From Candidatus Latescibacterota bacterium (lineage in GTDB: Bacteria; Latescibacterota; UBA2968; UBA8231), in contig CBDCDC010000002.1 in NCBI GenBank assembly GCA_965215195.1, positions 1,792,001 through 1,856,000 on the forward strand: a DNA stretch of 64,000 nt. The letters run 5' to 3'. The notes under the pieces were generated by a model. That model had not been told where the DNA came from. It saw only the letters and a program-made list of their open reading frames with translations, and made no database searches. This document shows positions 8,776-19,068 of the stretch, one piece after another. The position numbers were made by a program, and so were the translations under genes. Numbering within the stretch: the first letter of the stretch is position 1; each line of letters opens with the position of its first letter.

Positions 8776-11747
8776 CTTGCACCTCCCGTATCGCCATCGC
8801 CAAACAGCCCGCCCTGTTCGGGCGGCACTTCCTGCCGCGATAGGTTGGCGATTTCGGGCCAGCTCTGGACTAGGCTGTTGTAGGAGAGGGCTTCGGCCGC
8901 GCGGCGTTTGCGCTCGCAGAGGGTGTAGAGGCGGTAGGCTAGTTCGCGGGCGATGTCGGCTGCCGCGCCGAGCTGGGCCACGACTCGCGCCGCTGCTGGT
9001 TCGCCGCCGGTCTCCAAGGCGCGGATGAGATGGTGAACGGCTTCCCACACGGTGAGGCGGTCGTCGGTCGTCGGGTCCCAGTCGTCGGCTAACTCGTCTG
9101 GGCGCAGCAGGCGCACCTTGCCCGCGCTAGAGGCGAGGATGCCGCCTTCAACGATGCCGGCGATGCTGGTGTTTTTGGCTTTGGACAAGGTTTCGGCGAC
9201 GCCGTATTCGCCCTCGTCAAAACCGTGCTGTTCAAACCATGCCAAGGCCCAGCGGCTGTCGGCGTCAAAGTCGCCTTCCTGTTCGGCGAGCACTTCATCG
9301 AGCATCTGGTTGATCAGCGCCAAGGCCTCGCGCACCGAGACGGGCTTGCCTTCGGCGTCGAGCACCTTGGCGTAGCGGGTGAACACGGCCATGCCCGGGC
9401 CGATGGCGGCTTGGGCGAGATCGACCGGGGCGATGTTGCCGGATTGCAGGTAGGTAAGGGCCGTGGGAAGTTCGGCTCTGAGTGCGGCGATAAACTCGCG
9501 GCGGGTGGCCATGGGTGCGTTGGCAGGGCGTTGGCGGCAGACGAGGACGATGCTAGAGGCGAGGGCGTTGGTGCCCTTTGCAATAATTCTCCCGGCTCCC
9601 TCAGTTCGTATTGGCCAAGTGCCGCTGAGCTTGAAACCGGCGCGAAGAGCGGCATCAAGAAATGTTTCCCATCCAGTACTCGCCGTGCCGGTGTCGCCTT
9701 TGGTCTCGGACTGCTTGAAAGCGTAGTAGATCGTGATTGGATAGGCCGGATGCGATTGCTCAGCGAGACGACGCATTGCCTCTGTCATTCCGGCGAGAAA
9801 AAAGGTTTCTGCTTTTTCCTTATTGCCATGCCGATGAGGAGTAGCGACTAATTCTTCGGCCTTCGGTACGGCAAGCGTGGAAAAGAGCTCGGGATAGATT
9901 GACCGTACCGCACGACGCAGCCAGACATAAAAGAAATCGGAAAGGTCCGCGTAGCCGATGTTGTCGTAGTACGGTGGGTCAGTAGAGATCAGCTTGTCGG
10001 TACTGATCGTTTGGTTGGCTGCATCGAATTGACCTCCCGATCCAGCATTTAGTGCAGGGAACGCATTAATCACCATTGCACCTTTATCAAGAGCTGTCTC
10101 TAAGCTGCCGCCAGCGTCTGCGAACGGATTCGCCTCAGCGAAGTCCCACACCATTGGTATCGCTTGGCGAGCGAAAGTCTCTCGAAATGCACCGCGATCA
10201 TTCATCCAAGAAGCAAGCGATGAACCGATGTTCGAGATCTTTGATAGGGCAAACGCCAAATACACTCCCACCGCCTCGGCATACGCTGTCGCGCCAGTAC
10301 CGCCCTCTCGCAGCGGCGCGTCATCTCCTTGTGGAGCGGCGGCCTTTGGAGCGAGGGCATCTTGCCCTCGTCGAGGGCGGGACGCCCTCGATCCTAACAT
10401 ATCGTTCTTGACGCGCTCCCTCGCTTCCCCCACCAAGTCGGAGAAGGTGGTCAGGGCGACGAGTTGGCGGGGAGTGAAGAGGTCGGCCCATGTGAAGAAA
10501 CCATATCCTCGACCGCTGACCAAGTCGCGTGTATCACGGTTCATCAGTTGGTCTGGCTTCCACGCAGGTTCCGCCAGCGCGACAACTTCCTCGTGCTCCG
10601 GCGTCGGTGCCAGATATACCCGGCCCCGGTCGCCTGCGGCCACGATCGCCATCAGCCTTGCCCCCATGCGTCCGGCCATGCTTTCAGCCTTGATGTAGGG
10701 ATCGTTGATAACAGCACCCGACATCACACAGCGAAAGTTCGCTCCCCGCGCCAGCTTCGTCCCCACCTTCGCCGCCTCCACATCCTCCGGCTTTCCCACC
10801 TTCACCACAAACCGATACCCACCCCCCTCAATCACCGGCTCGACATACGCCTCTTTCCCCTTCTTCGTCGAAAGCATAAAAGTCGAGGCCAGCGGCACAT
10901 CGACATCGGCAAACGCCGGATTCGGGCTTCTCACCGTCCGCGCCCACAGCCACGCAATCACCGTCAGCTTGCGCCCTTTATATCGTTCAAGATCGGGCCG
11001 TTCCGCGACCATCTCCTCGGTAATCTCAACCTTCGGATACAGGTGCCCAATGCGCCGCTCGGCCTCGTCGCGCATCCACTGGCCATAGTAGCGCACATCC
11101 TCGGCCAGCCCCTGCGCCCCCTTCCATTCGCGCTCGATCAGGCTCCTTTCCTCGCGGGAAGCCGGATTCACCGGCGGCTGACCAGCGAATTTCGGCGGGA
11201 TCTCGATCATGGCCTTGTTGATGAGCACCGCCACCGGATTGAGGTCGCTGGCATGAGCCTCAAGCCCCAACCGCTGCGCTTCCAACGGCAACGCGCCGCC
11301 GCCTGCAAACGGATCGTGAAAGGCCGGCAGCTTGTCCGGGTCGAACAATTCGGCAGCACGCGGGTGGTCGGTATTGTCGGCGCAGGTTCGCCGCCAGCTC
11401 TTGCCAATCTCCGCCCGCGCCCGTTCCAGCACCTGCTCGTTCGTGGTATTCTCCCACTTCACCAATTCTTCGATGAGTCGGAACAGCCGCTCGCGCTCCT
11501 TTTCCTGTTCGGCCTCCGTAAGGAACAAATCGGGGCTGGCCGACGGATCATCGACCATCTGTGCAAAAATGACCGCCCGCGCAGCCGCCAACGGACGCCG
11601 CGCCCACCACAAATGCAGCGTACTCGGATGCCCGTGCCGAATAGACTTCTCCCGCGCTGAGGCGGCGTTGATCGCGTCGAGCGGCAGGGCGACTTCAATG
11701 AGTTTTTTGCGGGAATTGGCTGGAGGTGGAAGTAGTGTATCCATCAT
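8772..11747 (-). CDS. DUF1156 adenine-specific DNA methyltransferase
   Basis: [17 protein letters not shown] (motif I), [18 protein letters not shown] (motif IV). Confidence 0.93.
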   Translation of the reverse strand: MMDTLLPPPANSRKKLIEVALPLDAINAASAREKSIRHGHPSTLHLWWARRPLAAARAVIFAQMVDDPSASPDLFLTEAEQEKERERLFRLIEELVKWENTTNEQVLERARAEIGKSWRRTCADNTDHPRAAELFDPDKLPAFHDPFAGGGALPLEAQRLGLEAHASDLNPVAVLINKAMIEIPPKFAGQPPVNPASREERSLIEREWKGAQGLAEDVRYYGQWMRDEAERRIGHLYPKVEITEEMVAERPDLERYKGRKLTVIAWLWARTVRSPNPAFADVDVPLASTFMLSTKKGKEAYVEPVIEGGGYRFVVKVGKPEDVEAAKVGTKLARGANFRCVMSGAVINDPYIKAESMAGRMGARLMAIVAAGDRGRVYLAPTPEHEEVVALAEPAWKPDQLMNRDTRDLVSGRGYGFFTWADLFTPRQLVALTTFSDLVGEARERVKNDMLGSRASRPRRGQDALAPKAAAPQGDDAPLREGGTGATAYAEAVGVYLAFALSKISNIGSSLASWMNDRGAFRETFARQAIPMVWDFAEANPFADAGGSLETALDKGAMVINAFPALNAGSGGQFDAANQTISTDKLISTDPPYYDNIGYADLSDFFYVWLRRAVRSIYPELFSTLAVPKAEELVATPHRHGNKEKAETFFLAGMTEAMRRLAEQSHPAYPITIYYAFKQSETKGDTGTASTGWETFLDAALRAGFKLSGTWPIRTEGAGRIIAKGTNALASSIVLVCRQRPANAPMATRREFIAALRAELPTALTYLQSGNIAPVDLAQAAIGPGMAVFTRYAKVLDAEGKPVSVREALALINQMLDEVLAEQEGDFDADSRWALAWFEQHGFDEGEYGVAETLSKAKNTSIAGIVEGGILASSAGKVRLLRPDELADDWDPTTDDRLTVWEAVHHLIRALETGGEPAAARVVAQLGAAADIARELAYRLYTLCERKRRAAEALSYNSLVQSWPEIANLSRQEVPPEQGGLFGDGDTGGAR
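10352..10394. repeat. REP-like double hairpin inserted in frame in the DUF1156 gene
   Basis: CGAGGGCATCTTGCCCTCG-T-CGAGGGCGGGACGCCCTCGATCC, 43 bp identical to 42541-42583. Confidence 0.85.
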
Positions 11748-11770
11748 TTTTTAACGAGAGCTGTTAGAAA

Positions 11771-11810
11771 GAAAAACGGGCTACGCCTTTTGACGTAACC
11801 CGTTGTTTTT
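11771..11810 (-). terminator. Intrinsic terminator-like hairpin 3' of tRNA-Arg
   Basis: AAAAACGGGCTACG-loop-CGTAACCCGTTGTTTTT, with A/T runs on both sides. Confidence 0.6.
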
Positions 11811-11812
11811 AA

Positions 11813-11889
11813 TGGCGCACCCACAGGGACTCGAACCCCGAACCTTCTGATCCGTAGTCAGGTGCTCTATCCAATTGAGCTATGGGTGC
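11813..11889 (-). tRNA. tRNA-Arg(ACG)
   Basis: GCACCCATAGCTCAATTGGATAGAGCACCTGACTACGGATCAG...GGTTCGAGTCC...GGGTGCGCCA, encoded CCA. Confidence 0.97.
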
Positions 11890-11939
11890 ATAGCAAGCTG
11901 TAATGTAGTGTCATAAAATAGACGCGGCCCCCACCCTCG

Positions 11940-13115
11940 TCAAGGCACAAGCCCCTCGGACAAAGCCTCCAAGTACTTGTAGCCCGACCCCGTATTGAAG
12001 AGCACTACCCGCTCGTCCGCGCCCACTAGTCCCTGCTCCTTGAGCTTGATTAGGGCCGCTAGCGTTGCCCCGCCTTCGGGCGCGGGGAAAATGCCGGCGT
12101 GCGCCGCCATGCTGTGCGAATGCGCGAGCAATTCCCCGTCGCTGACAGCGAGGGCTGTGCCGCCGCTTTCCCGCAACACCTGCAACATCAGAAAGTCGCC
12201 GACCGCGCTGGGGACGCGCAGGCCCGAAGCCACGGTGTGGGCGTCTTCCCACGCCTCGGCGGCTTCGTGGCCGCGGGCAAAGGCGCGGACAATCGGCGCA
12301 CAGCCTTCGGCCTGCACCGAGATCATCCGCGGCCGGTGCCGGCCAATCCAGCCGAGTTGCTCCAGCTCGGCAAAAGCCTTCCACATCCCGATCAGCCCAG
12401 TGCCCCCGCCAGTGGGATAAATCACCACCTCGGGCAGGGACCAATCCATCTGCTCGGCCAGCTCATAGCCCAAGGTCTTTTTGCCTTCAATGCGGTACGG
12501 CTCCTTCAGGGTCGATACCTCAAACCACCCCTCAGCTTCCTTGCGCTCGCCGACGATGCGGCCGCAATCGCTGATTAGCCCGTCGACCAGCTCGACCTCG
12601 GCACCACAGGACCGGCATTCGGCGACAAAGGCCAGCGGCGTATCGCTGGGCATAAAGACAATCGCCGGCAGACCACAGGCGGCCGCGTAGGCCGCCAGCG
12701 CACCCCCAGCATTGCCCGCCGTGGGGATGGCCAGCTTTTTCGCGCCCCGGGCGCGGGCGCAGGTGACGGCGGCCGAAAGGCCGCGGGCCTTGAAGGAGCC
12801 GGTGGGGTTGGGCGATTCGTCCTTGATGTAGAGCTGGGAAAAACCCGCCCATTGCCCCAAGCGCTCCGGGCGCTGCAACGGGGTGAAGCCCTCGCCGAGG
12901 GAGACGATTTCCGCGGGCGAGCGGATGGGCATGACTTCCCGGTAGCGCCACATCGTCGGCGGGCGGGTGCCGAGCGCGGCGCGGGCCAGCGCGTGGCCAG
13001 CCCGGGCGAGGTCGTAGCGGGCGAGGAGGGGCGCACCAACCTCTGAGAGGTTGTGCAGCGCGTCGGCGTCGTAGCGCACACCCGTGCGGGCGCACTCTAG
13101 ATGGGTCAGGAACAC
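11940..13115 (-). CDS. thrC: Threonine synthase
   Basis: SLGEGFTP, NPTGSFKARG (PLP Lys), TAGNAG, EGKKT, PTGGG, NTGSGYKY. Confidence 0.9.
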   Translation of the reverse strand: MFLTHLECARTGVRYDADALHNLSEVGAPLLARYDLARAGHALARAALGTRPPTMWRYREVMPIRSPAEIVSLGEGFTPLQRPERLGQWAGFSQLYIKDESPNPTGSFKARGLSAAVTCARARGAKKLAIPTAGNAGGALAAYAAACGLPAIVFMPSDTPLAFVAECRSCGAEVELVDGLISDCGRIVGERKEAEGWFEVSTLKEPYRIEGKKTLGYELAEQMDWSLPEVVIYPTGGGTGLIGMWKAFAELEQLGWIGRHRPRMISVQAEGCAPIVRAFARGHEAAEAWEDAHTVASGLRVPSAVGDFLMLQVLRESGGTALAVSDGELLAHSHSMAAHAGIFPAPEGGATLAALIKLKEQGLVGADERVVLFNTGSGYKYLEALSEGLVP

Positions 13116-13681
13116 GGGGCGGCGTACAGTCCTTTCGCACGTATGTGGGCCTCGACCGCTTCGGGCACCATGTAGCGGATGGGCAGGCCAGCGGCCCGGC
13201 GCGTCCGAATCTCGGTCGAGGATAGCTCAATGAGCGGGGTATCTATAAAGCGCAGGCGCGGGTCGCCTTCTATCACCTCGCCCGGGCGCGCACCCACTAC
13301 CACCGTACACTGGGCAAAAATGCCTTCGAGATCGTGCCAAGCGTCGAGCTGGGCGATGTTGTCCGCGCCGATGATGAAAAACAGCGCGGCATGGGGATGA
13401 CGCTGGTGCAGCAGGCGCAGGGTTTCGACGGTATAGGACTTGCCCGGGCGGTCTAGCTCCAAGCGCGAGGCCGCAAAGTCGGCGCAGCCAGCCACGGCCA
13501 GCTCGACCATGGCCCAGCGTTCCTCGGCCGGCGCGTACGCGCCCTGCTTGAGCGGCGGAGCGGCCGCTGGAATGAAGAGCACTTGGTCGAGGGGAATTTT
13601 CTCTAAGGCGAAGCGGGCCAAAAGCAGGTGGCCGTGGTGGATGGGGTCAAAGGTGCCGCCGATGACGCCGATGCGCCGCAT
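13106..13681 (-). CDS. nadD: Nicotinate-nucleotide adenylyltransferase
   Basis: GGTFDPIHHGH, SYTVETL, IIGADN, LSSTEIR. Confidence 0.95.
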   Translation of the reverse strand: MRRIGVIGGTFDPIHHGHLLLARFALEKIPLDQVLFIPAAAPPLKQGAYAPAEERWAMVELAVAGCADFAASRLELDRPGKSYTVETLRLLHQRHPHAALFFIIGADNIAQLDAWHDLEGIFAQCTVVVGARPGEVIEGDPRLRFIDTPLIELSSTEIRTRRAAGLPIRYMVPEAVEAHIRAKGLYAAPCS

Positions 13682-13683
13682 CT

Positions 13684-14430
13684 TCAGCCCGGCGATTGGC
13701 TCAGCCCGGACAGGTGCTTTTGCACGTCCTCCACGAGGTCCGGGTCGCCGCTTTCTTGCAGCACTTCCTTCCAATAGCGCACCGCGAGATCCACCTCGCC
13801 TTGGGCGCGGGCGATCTCGCCCATGCGGAAGAGGGTGGTGTAATACCACTCGCCTACGTCTGGGTACTCGCGCAGAACTTCCTCGTAGGTCATTTTGGCC
13901 GCGTCGAGATAGCCCTGTTTGTGGTACAGGCGGGCACTTAAGTACTGCTTTTTGGCCAAGCGGCCCCGGCACTCGACGATGCGCTGGCGGGCCTGTGCGG
14001 CGAGGGGGGAGTCGGCATGGTCCTCGATGAAGTTGCGGAAGGCCGTCAGGGCCTCAAAGGTCTCCTGCTGGTCGAGCTCCGGGCGGCGCAATTGCTTGAA
14101 GTACGACTCGCCTATCTTGAACTGGGCCTCAACCGCCCACTCGCTAGAGGGATAAATATCGACGATGCGCTGATACTCAAAGGCTGCGTTGACCCAATCG
14201 CGATTGCAAAAGTACGCTTCGGCGAGGAGAAACTGGGCCTCGGCCACCCGGCGCGAGCCGGGAAAGTTGCTGACTAAGCGCTTGAAGTGCTCGGAAGCCT
14301 CTAGACAGCGGTTTTTCTGCATGGCCTTTTGGCCCTCTTCAAAGTAGTAATCCGCGCCTTGGAGCTTCTCGGACGGCGTACTGGCGCAGGCGGCCACGCA
14401 CAGGGCGAGCGGGAAAGCGAGGTATTTCAT
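13684..14430 (-). CDS. bamD: Outer membrane protein assembly factor BamD
   Basis: Lipobox VAAC, TPR repeats, ELDQQET, LAKKQY. Confidence 0.88.
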   Translation of the reverse strand: MKYLAFPLALCVAACASTPSEKLQGADYYFEEGQKAMQKNRCLEASEHFKRLVSNFPGSRRVAEAQFLLAEAYFCNRDWVNAAFEYQRIVDIYPSSEWAVEAQFKIGESYFKQLRRPELDQQETFEALTAFRNFIEDHADSPLAAQARQRIVECRGRLAKKQYLSARLYHKQGYLDAAKMTYEEVLREYPDVGEWYYTTLFRMGEIARAQGEVDLAVRYWKEVLQESGDPDLVEDVQKHLSGLSQSPG

Positions 14431-14432
14431 AG

Positions 14433-15059
14433 CTAGCGATTAGAAAAGAACAAATAGATAAGCCCACCGAGCACGGTGGATACGATCACGGGTTCGACGA
14501 ACTTGCTCCACGTTTGTTCCTCTAACTCGGTCTGGGCGAATTTGAACTGGTCGTGCTGGAGTATTTCTAGCTGCTTTTTGGGGATCCGATCGCGCTGCAT
14601 ACGGGTGATTTCGTCCTGCCAGTGGACCACGTCGTCGCGCTCGTCGCTCAAGCGCAGGGCGAGCGTTACCCGGCCTTGGCGGCTGACCTCGCTGCCGCGC
14701 AATCCCGAATGCGCCACAACGCCGAGATCGAGCACCCGGTAGGACAGGCGCATACTCGTCGATTGGGCCACAGTCGAATCCAAGGTCACGCTAAAGCCGC
14801 GCGTCAGCAGCCGGTTGGCCAGCAGGTGCTCGACCATCCAATTGGCGTCGTGCTTGCTCTGCGCCACGACCAACAAGGGAGCCGTCGCCGCGTCGGCTGG
14901 CATCTCAATGCGCGCCAAACTCTCATCGACCGCACTCGCCACGGTCTCGACCAACAAGTCCATATTGGTGGGAAAAGGAACGGCGACCGACGCGGTGGCA
15001 CAGACCATCAGCGCGGACAAAAGGCAATAACAGGCTCGGAGCAAGATCGTTGTCATCAA
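14433..15059 (-). CDS. Conserved hypothetical exported protein with C-terminal TM anchor
   Basis: Signal-like N-terminus; C-terminal EPVIVSTVLGGLIYLFFSNR; in operon between cpoB and bamD. Confidence 0.7.
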   Translation of the reverse strand: MMTTILLRACYCLLSALMVCATASVAVPFPTNMDLLVETVASAVDESLARIEMPADAATAPLLVVAQSKHDANWMVEHLLANRLLTRGFSVTLDSTVAQSTSMRLSYRVLDLGVVAHSGLRGSEVSRQGRVTLALRLSDERDDVVHWQDEITRMQRDRIPKKQLEILQHDQFKFAQTELEEQTWSKFVEPVIVSTVLGGLIYLFFSNR

Positions 15060-15793
15060 CCACCGAGGTATTTTATTTTTTCGCGGGCAGCGGGCGCGTA
15101 TTCGCTGTCGGGATATTCGTCGAGCAGCTTGTGCAAGGCCGCAAGCGCCCGGTCGCGCTCGTCCAAAGCGATGTGGCAGCGGGCGATTTTTAGCTGGGCG
15201 TCGTCGGCCTTACCCGTGTTGCTGAAGGCAAACACCTTGGTGAATTCGATGAGCGCCTGCCGGTATTTGCCCAGCCCGTAATAGCACTCGCCCTTCCAGT
15301 ACTGGGCGTTGTCGGACCACTCGCTCATAGGTGCCTCCGACAGCAAGCGGTCAAACTCGACCAAGGCGCGGTCGTATTGTTCGTGGCGATAGTAGTAGAG
15401 CGCACCTTGGTACATGTTGAACGCATCGCTGTTGCCGACGTCAGCCGTCGTATCGGCCTGTGTATCGCGGTTGCTGGTTGTAGCGACGACGCGCGGCCGC
15501 AGCGCACGGCGCGGCAAAGAATCTAGCCGCGCACTTAGGACGCGACTCTGGGCTTGGAGGGCTTGGAGGGCCTGCCGCAACTGGGCGTTGGATGTCTCTA
15601 GCTGGCGTATGCGCTCGGCCATGGCCTGCTCGCGCTCGTACGCGGCCGCAACGGCGCGTTCGAGAGCTTGGAGGGCCCCGCTTTTTTCTTCCTGCTGGGC
15701 CTCTTCCCACTGGACGGGAGGTTGTCCGGCTTGCGGCGCAGCACAGGCCCCAAGGCCCAAGGCCAACACCAACGCGCTTTTCGCGCTTTTCAT
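15056..15793 (-). CDS. cpoB: Tol-Pal associated TPR protein CpoB/YbgF-like
   Basis: Lipobox LGAC, coiled coil, DNAQYWKGECYY, KADDAQLK, YPDSEYA. Confidence 0.8.
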   Translation of the reverse strand: MKSAKSALVLALGLGACAAPQAGQPPVQWEEAQQEEKSGALQALERAVAAAYEREQAMAERIRQLETSNAQLRQALQALQAQSRVLSARLDSLPRRALRPRVVATTSNRDTQADTTADVGNSDAFNMYQGALYYYRHEQYDRALVEFDRLLSEAPMSEWSDNAQYWKGECYYGLGKYRQALIEFTKVFAFSNTGKADDAQLKIARCHIALDERDRALAALHKLLDEYPDSEYAPAAREKIKYLGG

Positions 15794-15877
15794 CGCATTT
15801 TTAATCGGAAGCACCAATGAACCATCTTCGACGAATATAGCATAATCCCCCTCCCAAACCAAGTGTCCGTCAGGGGA

Positions 15878-16378
15878 TCACGCGCTGGGCAGCACCTTGA
15901 TGCGCTCGACTAATTGGGTGGTGGAAACGCCCGGCCACAGGGGCAGGGCGCGAACTTGGCCGCCGTGCGCTTCGACGTGTTCGCGGCCGACGATGGCGGC
16001 CGGGGCGTAATCGCCACCCTTGACCAAGACATCGGGCGCAAGCGCGGCCACGAGGCTCTCGACGCTTTCACCCGCGAAGATGCACACATGCGAAACGCAT
16101 TCTAGGGCCGCCAGCACAGCGGCGCGGTCGCCTTGCGGGCACAGGGGCCGTCCGGGGCCCTTGAGGGCGCGGACCCCGTCGTCGTCGTTTAACCCCACCG
16201 CGAGACAGTCCCCCAAGGTGCGCGCCGCACGCAAGTACTCGACGTGACCTCGGTGCAGCAAGTCAAAGCATCCATTGGTGAAGACAAAAGTCTGCCGCGC
16301 TTTTTTCACTTGGCTGCGGATGGCGAGCAACTGGTCGTGCGTAATGATTTTGGCGGGATAGGACGCGGGCGACTGCAT
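15878..16378 (-). CDS. rfaE2: D-glycero-beta-D-manno-heptose 1-phosphate adenylyltransferase (HldE domain II)
   Basis: [30 protein letters not shown]. Confidence 0.9.
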   Translation of the reverse strand: MQSPASYPAKIITHDQLLAIRSQVKKARQTFVFTNGCFDLLHRGHVEYLRAARTLGDCLAVGLNDDDGVRALKGPGRPLCPQGDRAAVLAALECVSHVCIFAGESVESLVAALAPDVLVKGGDYAPAAIVGREHVEAHGGQVRALPLWPGVSTTQLVERIKVLPSA

Positions 16379-16392
16379 GGGCAAAGACGAGA

Positions 16393-16470
16393 TGGGGTGG
16401 ATGACGGGAGTTGAACCCGCGCCCTCCAGGGCCACAACCTGGCGCTCTAACCAACTGAGCTACATCCACC
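16393..16470 (-). tRNA. tRNA-His(GTG)
   Basis: GGTGGATGTAGCTCAGTTGGTTAGAGCGCCAGGTTGTGGCCCTGG...GGTTCAACTCCC...CCACCCCA. Confidence 0.95.
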
Positions 16471-16490
16471 ACTAGGTCTTGAGGGCTACA

Positions 16491-16567
16491 TGGCGTGCCC
16501 AGTAGGACTCGAACCTACGACCGTCTGCTTAGAAGGCAGATGCTCTATCCAACTGAGCTATGGGCAC
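16491..16567 (-). tRNA. tRNA-Arg(TCT)
   Basis: GTGCCCATAGCTCAGTTGGATAGAGCATCTGCCTTCTAAGCAGA...GGTTCGAGTCC...GGGCACGCCA. Confidence 0.97.
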
Positions 16568-16705
16568 ATCGCCACAAGCGGCTAAAAATTTTACCTGCCG
16601 ACCAGAGGGTCGGTACAAGCATCCAAAGATATTAGGGGCTACTGCGATCAAAGTCAACGCGCCGCACGGCTAGGCCGGGCCGCCGCTTTCGCTGTTGACG
16701 GCTTG

Positions 16706-18736
16706 CTACTCAACCGGGACCGCGCCGCCGTGCCAGGGAAAGGCGTAGCTGGGGTCGTTTACAAACCGCCGCAGGCCGCAGGATAGGCGCACGGACGTCA
16801 GCGGCGGCAAGGTCACAGTGAAGTGCTTGCCGCGGACCTGAATGGTATTCGCGGTCGCGGTCTTGCTCGAACGCACGCGGGTATTGGGGTTGAGGTCGTC
16901 GCTGCTGTAATCCGTCCCGGTGAACTCCACTTGCGTGAAGGAATGCTCGCCGAAGGCACCGGACTGGACGATGAGGTTCCGGCACTCGCTGTGGCTCGTG
17001 TTCACTAGCTGGATTCCGCATCCATTGGCCGAGAGCTCATCGACGAGGGCGGCCACGTCCGGCGGCAGGCCAGGGCGGGTGGCGTCGGCGTCGAAGTAGC
17101 GCACGGTCGCGCGCAGCATTCCCCCGTTGTAGAGTTGACCGGGGCAGCCCATGGTCGTCTGCACGAGGCCCTTGACGAGCACGGGGTTCGGCGGCCAAGC
17201 GTTGTCTGCGATGATCTGCTGGACGGTGCGGGTGTCGCGCATCATACCCTCGAGGAAATCGGCGACCTGTTGGTAGTCGGCCTGCAAACATTGCACCGGC
17301 CAGTCCGGGTTCTTGCCGTCGTAATACTGGAAGCGGGCGAATTCGGTGCGGGCACCGCCGCGGTCGCCGATGGGCGGGAGCTCGTTCCAGTCGGTGCCGC
17401 CGCCGTCCCGCACTCGGGTGACGAGCTCGTAGTCGCCTTGCGCCATGGACTCGTGCCACAGGTTGACCAGATGGGTGGGGCCGCCGCGGATGGTGAACTC
17501 GGCGTAGCCGGTCCAGCCATCGGGTCCGTGGCTCTTCGGCACCACCAGCGCACCATGCTCGGTCTTGCCGCGATCGAGGAGGGCGACGATCTGCGAGCGC
17601 AGCACTTCCAAGTAGCCATCGTCGCCGCTGAGCAGATGGGCGCACTGGGCCCCGACGATGAGACCGAGAAAGAGTCGGTCGGCCGCGCTCTCGCTGCTGC
17701 TCCAGCCGTGCAACCCCCCCCACCACTGGCCGGCGCGGTGTTCGCCGATCTTGCCGGTGGGACCGACGTTGTCGGGAATGACCCCATCGTTCTCGCGGAT
17801 GCGCTCTATCCAGCCGCCGACGTAGTCGAGGACCCACTTCTTGTACTTTTCGTCGCCGGTGTAGAGATAGGCGTTGGTCACCAGCGCCGTGGCGCAGAGA
17901 TTGCTCGGTTCGTCGCCTTGCAGCGCCATCTCGTCGAAGAGGTCGAGGATTTCCTCGCGACGCGCTTCGCCCTCGTACCAGCGCGGCTCGAGCTCCTTGA
18001 TCTTCGGGTAGAGGAAGTGAGGCGTCAGCGGCTCGGTGCTCGGATTGTCTTGGAGCGCGTTGCGATGGCCAAAATCGCCCAGCGAGCCGCGATCGAGCCA
18101 GTGGCGCACCAAGTGGACGTGATCCGAAATGTCCCCTCCGCGGTGGACAATGCCTTCGTGCTGGCGCACGGACGTCAGCGGGCCGGCACCGCCGTGGAGG
18201 GGCGAGCGGAAGACGCCGTGCTCGGTATCGAAGTTGGGCGCGTTGGGGTCTTCGCCGATGTACATGGCGGCGAACTTGCGGGCGCGCTCGCGGTTGGACG
18301 GGTTGGTCGGATCAGCGACGCCGAAGTCGTAGAGCATCTGATTGCCCTCGCCCATGTGGAACCAGTCGGCGTTGAAGGGGACGCTGAGGTTCCAGTACTC
18401 GTTGCGCAACTGCGGCATGTACATGGGATGCCTAGGCTCGTCGTCGGTCAGTCTGCGCTCTTCGCTGTAGAGCCAAGTGATCGCATCCCATTCCCGCTTG
18501 GCGATGTGGAGGAAGCGCTCGTGGCCGCCTAGGGCGTAGAGCATGGCGCGCATGGAGCGGCTTTCGTAGGCGTCGTCCACGTCGAAGAAATGGTACACCC
18601 GGCCGTCGGAGCGGGCGTAGCCCTCCGTGGCAGCGTCGCCTGCGGTCTCCAAGATGCTGAACAGGCGACGCTGCAGTAACGCCCACTCGGGCGGGGGGAG
18701 GATGTCGCTACTAACGATGGTCGGTATGGCAGCCAT
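16706..18736 (-). CDS. Uncharacterised ~75 kDa protein, paralogue of 53817-55754
   Basis: Shared blocks W.L.QRRLF, DD.YE, NA...TGDEKY, PDNVG, YNGG, RPGLP.DV, GAFGEH; AGGAGAGG RBS upstream. Confidence 0.8.
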   Translation of the reverse strand: MAAIPTIVSSDILPPPEWALLQRRLFSILETAGDAATEGYARSDGRVYHFFDVDDAYESRSMRAMLYALGGHERFLHIAKREWDAITWLYSEERRLTDDEPRHPMYMPQLRNEYWNLSVPFNADWFHMGEGNQMLYDFGVADPTNPSNRERARKFAAMYIGEDPNAPNFDTEHGVFRSPLHGGAGPLTSVRQHEGIVHRGGDISDHVHLVRHWLDRGSLGDFGHRNALQDNPSTEPLTPHFLYPKIKELEPRWYEGEARREEILDLFDEMALQGDEPSNLCATALVTNAYLYTGDEKYKKWVLDYVGGWIERIRENDGVIPDNVGPTGKIGEHRAGQWWGGLHGWSSSESAADRLFLGLIVGAQCAHLLSGDDGYLEVLRSQIVALLDRGKTEHGALVVPKSHGPDGWTGYAEFTIRGGPTHLVNLWHESMAQGDYELVTRVRDGGGTDWNELPPIGDRGGARTEFARFQYYDGKNPDWPVQCLQADYQQVADFLEGMMRDTRTVQQIIADNAWPPNPVLVKGLVQTTMGCPGQLYNGGMLRATVRYFDADATRPGLPPDVAALVDELSANGCGIQLVNTSHSECRNLIVQSGAFGEHSFTQVEFTGTDYSSDDLNPNTRVRSSKTATANTIQVRGKHFTVTLPPLTSVRLSCGLRRFVNDPSYAFPWHGGAVPVE

Positions 18737-19068
18737 TTCTCGCCTCTCCTCTATTTGATTGCAAGGGAGTGGGGATGCTGTCGTCGCGCTAGGGGGACAG
18801 CGCAACTCGGCATTGATGCAAATTTCCATTCGCGGCTAGGGCTTGGCCGTCCGAGTGCGGCAGCTATTATAGGCCAAATCCCTCCCTGAAGAAAGGCGGG
18901 CGGCGCCGGATTGAGAGCAGGTCGGAGCGGACCCTGCCAAACCACTCACGGACTGAGCGGCGGCAGACCGGACAGGAAAACTCAGAAATTAGTTTTCCGG
19001 CTGGTTTTTAGTATAATTTGCCTTAGTGTCGCGTACTAAGCCAACCACAAACAACGAAGGAGTGTATT

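Noticed and set aside
10464-11660. Long antisense ORFs (also 17135-18532, 54186-55202)
   Set aside because: Shadow frames of GC-rich genes with no recognisable motifs.
16263-16472. Small ORF and rfaE2 extension over tRNA-His
   Set aside because: They translate tRNA sequence.
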